Shown here one piece after another: positions 1 to 10,991 of a stretch of DNA of 64,000 nt. The notes under the pieces were generated by a model that worked only from the letters and a program-made list of their open reading frames with translations, did no database searches and was not told the origin of the DNA. The stretch lies in contig NC_045697.1 in assembly GCF_009834535.1 (NCBI RefSeq), positions 84,074,001 to 84,138,000 of the forward strand. Reading direction: 5' to 3'. This stretch comes from Camelus ferus (taxonomy: Eukaryota). The position numbers and the translations under genes were made by a program. The first letter of the stretch is position 1. Each line of letters opens with the position of its first letter.

Positions 1-523
1 TACTGGGATGGCTTTCATCAGTTCATTGAGCTGTACAGCTCTCTCCTTAGAATGATTGCTCTGCCTACAACTCCTTACAGTAGGTGTTCCACTCATCCTG
101 GCAATGGGAAGGGCTTTTAAATTTTATTTAAATGGGAGAAGCCACTTTCTGATTGGTCAAACTTCACAGTGTGAAATAATTATCTTTATAATTAGTTTAA
201 ACATCTGTCTTCCCCCCATTCTCTATTCTTTATTTCTGTCATTCTAATTCCTTTACCATAGATTTCCTTTCCTTTTTTTTGTCTACTTAGAATGCTATGA
301 ATTAAATGTTGACATTATGGTATATAATAAATTGTGTGTGAGACGGGTGAGAAGTATAGCAGATGGTCTAATAGGTTGACAAATAAATTAAAAATCAGGG
401 CAGATTTTACAGTTTGCAGATCTATTTACCTGTCCCAAGTAAAAATTTCTCAGAGATAGTGGTGCATTTTTTTTTAACAAGTTATGTGATTCTAACTATT
501 GCCTCCTTTTTCATTCCACTCAG

Positions 524-675
524 ATCCGAAGCCAGAGTAAAGCCTCTGGGTCTGGGCTCTGTGAGGGAGATGAAGTGGTTTCTATCAACGGCAACCCTTG
601 TGCAGACCTCACGTACCCAGAAGTCATTAAGCTCATGGAGAGCATAACAGACTCTCTCCAAATGCTCATCAAAAG
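524..675 (+). CDS. SYNPO2: SYNPO2 exon 2 (C-terminal part of the PDZ domain)
   Basis: Polypyrimidine tract + CAG|ATC acceptor and AAG|GTATAA donor. 152 nt; translates IRSQSKASGSGLCEGDEVVSINGNPCADLTYPEVIKLMESITDSLQMLIK(R), matching the synaptopodin-2 PDZ as recalled. Missed by the ORF track. Confidence 0.96.
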
Positions 676-1162
676 GTATAAAACATTTGTTGGAATATAT
701 ATTTCCTCCTGAAGCTACATGGGAATGATTATAAGTCCTACTTACACATATAAATTGTTATTTATGGGGAAATGAGGGTGCTCTGTAGAAGATCGGGATA
801 GTTAAACAGAAAAATCATAGTGTTTGAAAAATGGCAATTCTAATCAACTGAATTTTCTGTTTAATTGAGAATTAACTTGAAAAATTTTATTTCAAGAACT
901 TTGTTGAAAATCTCAGGTATTTTAGACTGCTTCCTTTGGAAGCTAAGTATATGGAACACAATTTAATACTTCTAAGTCAACATTTTTTGGTGGATCAGGA
1001 TCACTAAATTATAATTCCTAGATTCCTAGATGAATTTAAAATGTTTAAATGTTAAAAGATTACACTGTATAAGATTTATTTAAATAGAAAGAGGATGCCT
1101 AGGAGAAGGAAAAGAACCAAAAAATCCTTAAAAGCAGCCCAATTTCTGTTTGCCAATAAAAA

Positions 1163-1172
1163 CCATATTTGG
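1163..1172. promoter_or_regulatory. Consensus CArG box (SRF) in intron 2
   Basis: CCATATTTGG = CC(A/T)6GG. Confidence 0.35.
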
Positions 1173-2184
1173 ATATGAGCAAAAAGCCAATGGTTCGAAT
1201 AAAGTTTTTGGACTGTCAATGCAAATCACTTGTCAATTTCATGTCTCCAAATACTACTCTTCTCACCTGATAGCTTAAAAATGCAGAAGTCAACCTTAAA
1301 TATAAAAACAAAAGAAAACAATAAAGGTAATGACAAAAAAAACTGTAGAATCAGCATTTTTACCATGTCCAAATCACAGTATAGTCCAAACTAACTTTGT
1401 AAGTGAGGCCCTGACCGCGGAATCCACAAAGGAAAGCTCTGGCTTCCTGAAAAGCAGCCTTCAGGACGACAAGAGAGGACTTTTCACACAGAATTTCAAA
1501 AACTTCCAGGTTTTGCCTTAACTTTGCAGAAAAACTACATACAGCATTACCTCCCTGATACTTATTCAATATGTTTCCATTTCTATACAAATGTGAACTC
1601 ACATTGGCCAAAATCTTGTGAAAATAAAGGAAATCTAGCGTTAGTCTCAGAATCTCCCAGCTAAATATTTACCCTTCAAGCCCAATGTTTAAGCCCCTGG
1701 GATCCTACTTATTTATAAAGCTGCAATTTGCTTTTAAAAGGGATCTAACAGGAATGTTGCCAAGTGTAGTCACAGTGTTGGCCACTTTTATGCATAAATC
1801 TCTGAGGTATTTGAAGAGTTTCATCTTGGTAAAGGTTTAATGACACCCAAAATGGGAGAAAAACCTGTTCTAATTTATTCCCTTTTGGTGTCTTTGCTGA
1901 TTTAATGAGGCCAGTTTCTTTAGAACACACTTGTGGTGTGGGACATCCCCTACTAGTTCTTGTTTTGATTGTGATGACTATCAGTGGGAAAATTCTTGGT
2001 GGTTTAAAGCTGAGTCTTAGGTACATATTTATTTTCAGAAATAAATGGACTAGTTCTTTGCTTCTTTTAATAACTGGAATCTTGGTTATTATTATTTTCT
2101 CTTAAATAATTGACTTTTACAAAATAAATAAATAATTGATAAGATTCAAAATGGAATCTCAAATTAAAATCAGCCCAAAGGTAA

Positions 2185-2210
2185 TCATCATCATCATCAC
2201 CACCACCACC
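2185..2210. repeat. Compound (TCA)n(CCA)n microsatellite
   Basis: tcatcatcatcatcaccaccaccacc. Confidence 0.8.
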
Positions 2211-4054
2211 AATCTGGATATCTGAACATCGTTTCCTGGAATTAAATATTTCTGTCACTCATGTAACTGTCATCTATCACTAGAGGACAAGTGATTTACT
2301 TTTCCTGGACTACTGCCCAGAGATAGCTGGGTCAGACCAACTTAAAAGCCTCCTTTAACATTAAGTCTCTATTGTAAACTTTATTAAAATTATATATATA
2401 CACACAGATATATATATTTATATACACTTATGACACATAAATTGGGGAATTGAGTAACTATGTGCACTGAATGGAAACGAGCATTTTAAGGTATAAAGCT
2501 TTATCCTCTAATTCTTTTATGATTTTTACTCAAGTATATCCATTTTACTTTAGCTACCAATAACTGTTAACATTTCTCTGACTCATTTGCCTGTATTACA
2601 GTCTGTAAGTCTGGAATGAATTCAAACTACTCTCTTCTCAGTTTTATAACTGATTGCTAACATAATTGAAAGTGATTTAATCTACTTCTATCTCAAGGCC
2701 TTCCTAAATTAAAACTCTCTAGCCTTTTGGTACCCTCAAATTTACTTGCATAGAGTGTATTCATCATTTCCTGTGGAAGAAATATCTAATTTGCTGTCAT
2801 CATGTTTTTAAAATACTATATTATAATAGGGTTTTTTGGTATTATCAGGAAGCTTTACAGATTACTTGCATAGAAGATTCTGCATTTCATTTGATTGTTA
2901 GTTTGTGTTTTGTTTACTTTTGTTTTGCTAAATGCAGTCAAAAGCAAAATTAAGAGTAATTATTTTGAATATTAGTCTTAAATTTTACTACCACATAAAT
3001 TCTAAGGTAAACGCCCTTGAGTAGAACAGAAGTAGGGGCTCTCTCCCTTCAGTTGATGATCCTGCATTAGTCAGGGTACATTTTGAACGAGGAAGAAAGG
3101 GGCCTGAGATAGATGCTGCTTAAAAAAAAACTTAAAAATGTAAGAAACGAAGGCATCTCCTACAGCTGTTCTGTGAATGATGCTTCTCTTCTAAAAGCAG
3201 TTAGAGTTTAAATTAAGAGTTTTTGCAAGAAGTTGTTTAACCCTTAACTGACATTTCTTCTTGCAAACTCAAATTTGCAAAACTAGCTGGGAATGGTTAA
3301 GGTCAAAGGACTATGGTGAACAGCTCCAGGTTCCTTAGCTGAAAGATTAAGGAACATTTTGACTTCAGAGATCCTATAAGGAAAATGCTCCAAGAGACAA
3401 GTTCAAATAGAGAAGGGGAGACATATCAGATTATAAATACTCTATGACTCAATGGTTCATTGCAGCATGGAAAGGATTTCTCTTTACACAAGAGTACTGG
3501 GCTGGGGTCCACTTATTACAAAACACATGCTCATTGGAGCTTAAAAAACAGCTTCTATTTCATTCCTTTCAAGAAAGCACAGCCTCTAAAAGGATTACTT
3601 GAGCTATCTGTATATTAATATTGCTCTGAAGCTGCAGAATATGTTTATCTGACTTCATAATGTCCAGACATAAACTTAGTCAATAAGACATTAAAATGCT
3701 TTGTCAAATTATAACAAACATGGTTATTTGAAAAGACCCAAATAATTATAGATAAAGGGCATCCATGTAGCTATAACCTGTTCTTTTAAAAAAATAAATG
3801 CTGAATTTAAGATGGATTTCAGTGTTATAATCTTTTGTGAGCATTTTTGCTTTGCTTTAAAGACATATTTGTTTGGCAGATCTTTAAATAATAATACAAA
3901 CATGTTGCCAAGTTCTGTTTTCAAATATGTTGCAGTTGACATTTAAGAGGAAATATTTTGACTGTATTTTAAACACCATAAAAGTGTCAGGAAGTATTTT
4001 GGCAGGTGTAATACACTCTGATTTAACTGTCTGGACTGATTTTTCTGTGTGCAG

Positions 4055-4854
4055 ACCATCCAGTGGAATAAGTGAGACTTTGATTTCTGAAACTGAAAAC
4101 AAAAACCATGAGCATTTCACCCATGAGGGGTATGTGGAAAGTACCACCCTACAGATTCAACCAGCCACAAAAAGCCAGTATAGAGAGTTCTACATCGCCC
4201 CAGTCAAGAGTGGAGCTCCCCTAGCTGAGGATCAAGCAAGCGGCGCTGGTTTTCCTGGGAGCTTGAAAGAAGGAACAGGCCCGGCTCCTCACACCTCTGA
4301 CTCCGAAAGTGGACGCCTAGCAGAGGAGGTTATCTTAAAGGAGAAGGCAGAAGTGGGGCGGCCAGGCACTGTGGTTGAGCTACAACTGTCCCTTTCACAA
4401 GACAGAAACAAAGGCACTGGTGCCCCTGTAGTGGCTCTCCTGGGAGCTGAAAAATCCAAGTCTCCTGACCTAGATCCTCATTTACAACATGACGGGACTG
4501 TCCACACAACTTCAGTCCCCACTGGTGAGAAAGGGGACCCTTCTCTGAGGTCCGGCAAGATAATCCAGATCTCCAGTGGCCAAGAATTGAGAGTGATCCA
4601 AGGAAGTGAAGCAGGAGACTCGGGGCTGCCCCGAGTAGAAGTGATCTTCGACTGCTCTGACAGGCAGAAGACGGAAGGGTGCAGGCTTCAGGCAGGAAAG
4701 GGGTGTGTGGATTCTCCGGTGGAAGGAGGGCAGTCAGAAGCACCTCCTTCTCTGGTATCCTTTGCAGTCTCATCAGAAGGCACAGAGCAGGGAGAAGATT
4801 CACGCTCGGAAAGGGATCACAGCAGACCTCACAAGCACAGAGCGCGCCACGCAC
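4055..4854 (+). CDS. SYNPO2: SYNPO2 exon 3
   Basis: ttttctgtgtgcag|A acceptor and GCAC|GTAAGT donor. 800 nt, phase 2 in and phase 1 out, matching both neighbouring exons. Encodes PSSGISETLISE...HKHRARHA; lies within ORF 3927..4910. Confidence 0.96.
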
Positions 4855-5302
4855 GTAAGTCCTGCCCCAGGGGCCGCTGCTGGGCTGTCGGAAGGGGCTT
4901 GGGAGCTTAGAGCATTTGCTGCTGCTTCACCTGCATGGATTTTTTTTTTTTTTTAAAGATTTTTCTTATGTCTTTCATTCACTTTTTAAAAAAAATTTAT
5001 TAATGCACAAAATAACAAACATGAAATTGTGAACACAAATTTCTAAATTGGAAGTAATAAGTTTGAACTCTGTAGTAGATTTAAATGATTTTAATGCACT
5101 TTCTTTTATCCCCAAAGGCACAGGAACTGTTAAAGAAAATGTACTGTTAATGTGCCTGCTTGATTTGTCTCAGAATATTGTCATATTTCATGTTAAATAG
5201 CATCTGAGAGTATCTGAAGTCATGTGGACTCTGAGTTTAAATGTCAAAAACTGTTGAGTCTGCTGCTGAGAGATGTCTTTAAAATACAGGCTCCACCGCT
5301 GA

Positions 5303-5310
5303 TATTAAAA
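5303..5310 (+). promoter_or_regulatory. TATA-like element of a putative internal promoter
   Basis: TATTAAAA about 33 nt upstream of an Inr-like TCATT (5334-5338). E-boxes CATCTG (5201) and CATGTG (5221) lie upstream. Confidence 0.35.
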
Positions 5311-5345
5311 GCAGATCCTCATTTTGAAAAAAATCATTGTGCAGC

Positions 5346-5363
5346 ATGATGATGCTTGCAGAA
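5346..5363 (+). CDS. SYNPO2: Candidate alternative first coding exon (MMMLAE) of a PDZ-less SYNPO2 isoform
   Basis: agcATGATGATGCTTGCAGAA|GTGAGT: purine at -3, consensus donor, phase 0. TATTAAAA lies 43 nt upstream. Confidence 0.6.
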
Positions 5364-5555
5364 GTGAGTTTGATAGACAAGGACATGTGGAATACTGAGC
5401 GGTTACATGATCCTCTCCATTTTGTAAGCCTTCACTAGACTGAAAAGCATTTCATCTACCTTCTGGACACAGGGCCATGTGGAGGCATTTAAATGTCCCC
5501 CAACACAAAGTACATTTTAAATTCAAGGCTTTTTACGGCGTTTTGTTTTACCCAG

Positions 5556-5583
5556 GGGAGCGATCACAGAAAGGAGAATGAGG
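5556..5583 (+). CDS. SYNPO2: Candidate 28-nt microexon (GSDHRKENE-G)
   Basis: ttttgttttacccag|GGGAGCGATCACAGAAAGGAGAATGAGG|gtaaga. Phase 0 in, phase 1 out, bridging 5363 to exon 4 in frame. Confidence 0.62.
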
Positions 5584-7286
5584 GTAAGAATAGCAGTTAG
5601 CTTTTATGATTTTTGTTATTTTCTTTCATGTGCTTAAAAAAAAATTTGGAATTTCATTTGAGGAGGTAAAGACTGACTGTCGAAGGCACTGGGATGTATG
5701 AATGATATTCACAACAGTAATGATCTTGGTTATTCAGAGTATTACACTGTCTCCTAACTATTGTTATTCTTTTCAAAGCATATTTTTAGCATAACCACTT
5801 GTAGCTGAATTGGCAAGTGCTGTTAATCATTCCTTATACTTTAAGCATCTGTATGCACCTTCACATTTATAGTATATTAAACAAATGCATTAAGGCAGCA
5901 CTCTCATACTTTACATGTTGCCAGTAAAGTTGGCAACAACTGTGCAACTGTGACTGTCAATTTAATAGCAAGTTGTATAACACTAGTCACTTGTGTAATA
6001 CTCTGTTACACTTAAGAATGACCATGCTTTTTACCATTTTCTCTGAATAAAATTTGATTACCAGCGAATATCTCTGTAACTTTGCTATAAAACTATTTTG
6101 ATTCTATTACATTAAAAAAAAATTAACCACTAAGTCTAATTTTTTTCCAGTGACAAAAAGAGCTAATTTCAATCATAAAATATTCAAAAAATGTTTCTGA
6201 AATTTCCACTGAACTATTTTGAGAAATTCAAAACTTATTTGTGAATCATGCTCATTTATCATTGAATATATGATTGTAATTAGGTAGTGCTATAAATTCA
6301 TTTGCCACCAATTTATTTCTTGTAACAATAATAACAAAATCTAAAATTTAAATACAAATTTTTGTTATTTTAGAACAGTCAAGCTCTTGTTTTACATGAC
6401 TTTCTTTCGTTTTATTTTTTTATGACTTACTTTCTACATCAGCTTTTACCCACAGTTAAAAGAGTTACTAATCACATAATTTTTAAACTTCCCCAAGATC
6501 TACACTTATTCTTGCTGCAATTGAAGTAGTATTATATTTCCAAGATAGCAATTTATTTACAAACAAATTTATCTAGACAATTTTGTAGCTAAAATTTCTT
6601 ACATGTATTCACATTAAACTAGTATTCTGAGTTATTATTAATTAGTTATTGATTCAGTACCTTAACATATTATTCATTCAGTTTTTTAAATTTATATTAA
6701 TTCAGTAGTTTCAAAGACTTTGGGAGAATGTCAAAGTAAAACAAAATTTTTAACTCATTACATTAAAACATTTAGTAAATAACATTTTCTTGTTTCCCCC
6801 TCCTGCTTTTTAAAAATGCTTGGAAACTTTTTATATTGACATTTTATTTAGATATATCTTAACTTGTTTTCAGAAAATATTATGTCCTTAAATTATTTCC
6901 TTTGTAATTTTAATTACATCCTATTAACTGACATTTACTAGCCAGTGTTTATTGTTAAAGGGTAAGGACCCATACAGAGACAAATTATGAAGCATATATT
7001 CTAATCAACATACTTAAAAATGTACTTACATAAAAAAATGAAATGGGGTATTATATAATATATATAAGTTACATATATTATATCATATCATCATATATAT
7101 CATTATAGAAGTATAAATTTTAAAAGAAATAAGAAAGAGAAATGAGTTGCATTGCCTCAAAATTCAGTATGCAATTGTAAACATGTTTTTTCCATATTCA
7201 TCTTCCCCGAGGAGAGTTGATTTCTGGGTTGCTATGGAGTCTTCCTTGAACTCATCAACTCAATATAATTTTTGTACTTTCCCTAG

Positions 7287-9503
7287 GGCTCAGAAGGAGT
7301 GAAAGTCTATCAGAAAAGCAGGTGAAAGAAGCAAAATCTAAATGCAAAAGCATTGCCCTCCTTCTAACAGATGCCCCCAACCCCAACTCCAAGGGGGTGT
7401 TGATGTTTAAGAAGCGTCGTCGGAGGGCCAGGAAATACACCCTAGTCAGCTACGGGACTGGTGAACTTGAGCGAGAGGCAGACGAGGAGGAGGAAGAGGG
7501 TGACAAAGAAGATACATGTGAAGTAGCATTTCTGGGTGCAAGTGAATCAGAGGTGGATGAAGAGTTATTGTCTGATATTGACGACAACACACAAGTTGTG
7601 AACTTTGACTGGGACTCTGGACTAGTGGACATTGAAAAGAAACTGAACAGAGGGGACAAGATGGAGATGTTGCCAGACACCACAGGCAAGGGGGCCCTCA
7701 TGTTTGCCAAGAGGAGAGAGAGAATGGATCAGATCACAGCCCAAAAAGAGGAGGAGAGGATGGGTGGAGTGCCAAGCAGAGAACCAGATGCTGCCCAGAC
7801 CGATGGCCTGAGAGCCATGACTTCCTACCAAAGGAAGGAAGAAGAATCAGTGAGAGTGCAGAGCTCCGTGAGCAAAAGCTACATTGAGGTGAGCCCTAGT
7901 CTTGGCCATGTGCCCCAACAGAATGGCTTCACTGGGGTGTCTGAGACAGCAGAGGCTCAGAGGATGATGCCTATGAACAGAACAGCCAAACCCTTCCCAG
8001 GGTCTGTGAACCAGCCAACAACCCCTTTCTCCCCAACCCGAAACCTGACAAGTCCCATCGCTGACTTTCCTGCACCTCCACCTTATTCTGCAGTCACACC
8101 CCCACCTGAAGGCTTCTCCAGAGCAGTGTCAAGTCCGACAGCTGGCCCGGCACAGCCTCCTCCGTGGCCCCAGCCTGCCCCATGGTCCCAGTCAGCCTTT
8201 TATGATTCGTCTGAACGAATAGCCTCCCGGGATGAAAGGATCGCAGTGCCAGCAAAAAGAACAGGAATATTGCAGGAGGCCAAAAGGAGAAGCACAACAA
8301 AACCCATGTTCACTTTTAAAGAGCCCAAAGTAAGTCCAAATCCTGAACTCTTGTCACTTCTTCAAAATTCAGAAGGCAAAAGGGGCACTGGAGCAGGAGG
8401 TGATTCTGGACCCGAAGAAGACTACCTCAGTTTAGGAGCAGAGGCTTGTAATTTCATGCAGAGCTCCTCTGCGAAACAAAAGACCCCACCTCCTGTTGCT
8501 CCAAAGCCTGCTGTCAAGTCCTCATCTTCCCAACCAGTAACTCCAGTTTCTCCGGTCTGGTCACCAGGAGTGGCTCCAACCCAACCTCCTGCCTTCCCCA
8601 CATCCAACCCATCACAGGGCACCATGGTCTCCTCCATCAAAATAGCCCAGCCTTCTTATCCTCCTGCCCGGCCCGCAAGTGCTCTGAACCTGGCTGGTCC
8701 CTTCAAAGGACCACAAGCAACGGTAGCCAGCCTGAACTACACTCCCAAGCCAGCAGCTCCCACACCAACAGTAAACACTGCTCATGCTGGTGCAGTCAGA
8801 CCATCCAATGAGCTTCCGGGAATGAGTGGGAAAGGAGCCCAGCTCTTCGCTAAAAGGCAGTCGAGGATGGAGAAGTATGTGGTGGATTCAGACACGGTGC
8901 AGGCCCACGCTGCCCGTGCTCAGTCTCCCACTCCATCTCTACCGGCCGGTTGGAAGTACTCCTCCAACGTCCGTGCACCTCCTCCCATGGCCTACAATCC
9001 TATCCACTCCCCCTCCTACCCACTGGCCGCAGTCAAGTCTCAGCCGTCAGGCCCACAGGCCTCCAAAACAAGCAAGAAAAAGGGCAAGAAACCCCTCAAT
9101 GCTTTGGATGTCATGAAGCACCAACCATATCAGCTAAATGCGTCCTTGTTTACTTTCCAACCTCCAGATGCAAAAGGTGGCCTCCCAACAAAGTCATCAG
9201 TCAAGGTCAGTTCAGTGCCAGCCATGAAACAAGCTCTTCCTCCTCGGCCAGTGAATGCTGGCTCGCCCACTAACGTGCAGGCTTCGTCCGTGTACTCAGT
9301 ACCAGCCTACAGCTCTCAGCCTTCCTTCTTCACCGAGGCCACCTCACCAGTCAGCTGCCTCCCCAGTGCCGGTGGCCATTCCTACCTCTCCAAAGCGAGA
9401 ATCAGCCTCAACATCTTACTTTGTGGCACCGAGGCCGAAGTTTTCAGCCAAGAAAAGTGGTGTCACAGTGCAGGTGTGGAAACCGTCTGTTGCGGAAGAG
9501 TAA
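7287..9503 (+). CDS. SYNPO2: SYNPO2 exon 4 (actin-binding core), read-through form ending ...VTVQVWKPSVAEE*; contains an apparent 1-nt insertion at 9355/9356
   Basis: tttccctag|GG acceptor. Encodes LRRSESLSEKQVKEAKSKCK..., basic stretch KKRRRRARK and PPPY (8075-8086). ORF 7322..9511 matches SYNPO2 up to SPVS; the orthologous sequence then continues in the frame of ORF 9255..9503 to TAA 9501-9503. Confidence 0.95.
9471..9479 (+). other. SYNPO2: Internal alternative 5' splice site in exon 4 (CAG|GTGTGG), used for distal last-exon isoforms
   Basis: Phase-0 donor after ...GVTVQ in the corrected frame; joins in frame to the exon at 31891. Confidence 0.85.
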
Positions 9504-10985
9504 TCTTGTAGCTGAAGCTGAGTGTCCACTTTGCTTGAAACGAATCGTTTGCAGTGTTACTTGAGTCCCCGAAAAGAATGCCTACCAAGTCCTCAACTTA
9601 ATTTTAGATGCCACCTCCCAATCTGGGTCCAAGGAGCAGAATATTTTTAATGAGTCAAAAATCTAACTCAGATTGACTTAAAACATATTTATCTTCTTTG
9701 CACACTTAAAAATCTGGGAGCACCCCCAAATAGACCTGGGCCATTGTATTAAGTAAGGGGGATATTTAGGATTTATGCTTTAGCCACAAGAAAGACAGTG
9801 ATCAGTGATATCAGCATTAGGACACAGTCTCTATGTAACGTAACAACTGTGTTCCTATGGTGAAAAGGTTCAAGTATAGTGAAAATATAACACGTATTGA
9901 CTGACATTTCCTTTTTAAGTTTAGCTTAATCTCTATTACTAGTGTTAAGGGATAAGAAATTTATCGAGGACAGGGATCAGCTCTGGTCTGTCAACCTCAG
10001 CCACCTGTTTGATGCCGCAGAGAAGGTACCTTGGGGACTGTTGGAATGTACATAGTTTGGTAAGATGGGTAAGAAAGAGGGGGTTAATAATTATGGGACA
10101 CTTATTATGGCACTTGCAAGATGTTTTACATACATTAGCTCATTTCCAAAGACTTCTTTAAAGTAAATGGGATGGGGCAAGAAGGATAATTACCCTTAGA
10201 GATTGATGCCCATCCTCTCTCCCCAGTTACTTAAGAAACTAAATGAGTACATCTCCAATTGCCCATGAAAGCATAAGTTTGTTTTCTTCCGCCGAGGCAA
10301 GCGGTAGAGTACAGTGTAATGGAGGGACAGATAAGAAGGTGAGCAGGCTGCAGATAAAGGTACATATGACTGTTGTTTTCCCTTGGGAAACCACATGGTT
10401 GGGGCATGAGGGGTTACTGACTCCAGGGGCTGATTGTGAAGCACGAGGAACCCCATGTGTGGAGGCCGTAGGGTGAGAACACACAATTACTAGCCTAATT
10501 TCTAAGTCACCTCACAGATTTTTTTTCCTTGTGTTTGTTTTGCTTTCTGACGACTGCTTCTCCCACTGTTCCTTGCAATTCTATTCTTGCACCTTCACTT
10601 TATTATTTATATTTGATGGACCAGGAGGATTCAGGCAAGGTTACCTTGTAAATTTGGATTGGTCACAAACAATGCCGTCATCCAGCTGGCTCTGAAGTTA
10701 ATAATGTTACTGACAGTAAACCTGAAGACCTTTCTCATATCTATTTTAAGTCCAAGTCTGACCAACCATGGAAAATATTCGACATGAAATAATATAGAGA
10801 ACCACAAAGCATTTTTGACAGCTCCAGAAAAACCATCTACTCAATACAAGAGATATGTCTAGAGACCTCTCATAAAAGCTTGCCTGGTTTGAGGGTACAT
10901 GGTACCATTTTAATCCTCTGAAAATATCTGTACTCCTGTTCTTTTTCTGCTGTCACTGTCAATCTGCTATGTTTTTCACTATCCT

Positions 10986-10991
10986 ATTAAA
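10986..10991 (+). terminator. SYNPO2: Candidate proximal poly(A) signal for the exon-4 read-through isoform
   Basis: ATTAAA followed by a U-rich tract. AATAAA at 14150-14155 is another candidate. Confidence 0.3.

Noticed and set aside
4330..4854. 174-aa antisense ORF, and other shadow ORFs over exon 4 and the last exon
   Set aside because: By-products of GC-richer coding sequence; no recognisable homology.
3927..4910. 327-aa ORF as a stand-alone gene
   Set aside because: It is SYNPO2 exon 3 plus open intronic flanks; consensus splice sites lie inside it at 4055 and 4854.
9356..9511. C-terminus CLPSAGGHSYLSKARISL... of ORF 7322..9511 as a novel isoform or programmed frameshift
   Set aside because: It arises only from the extra base. 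There is no slippery sequence at the site, and the conserved protein continues in the other frame.
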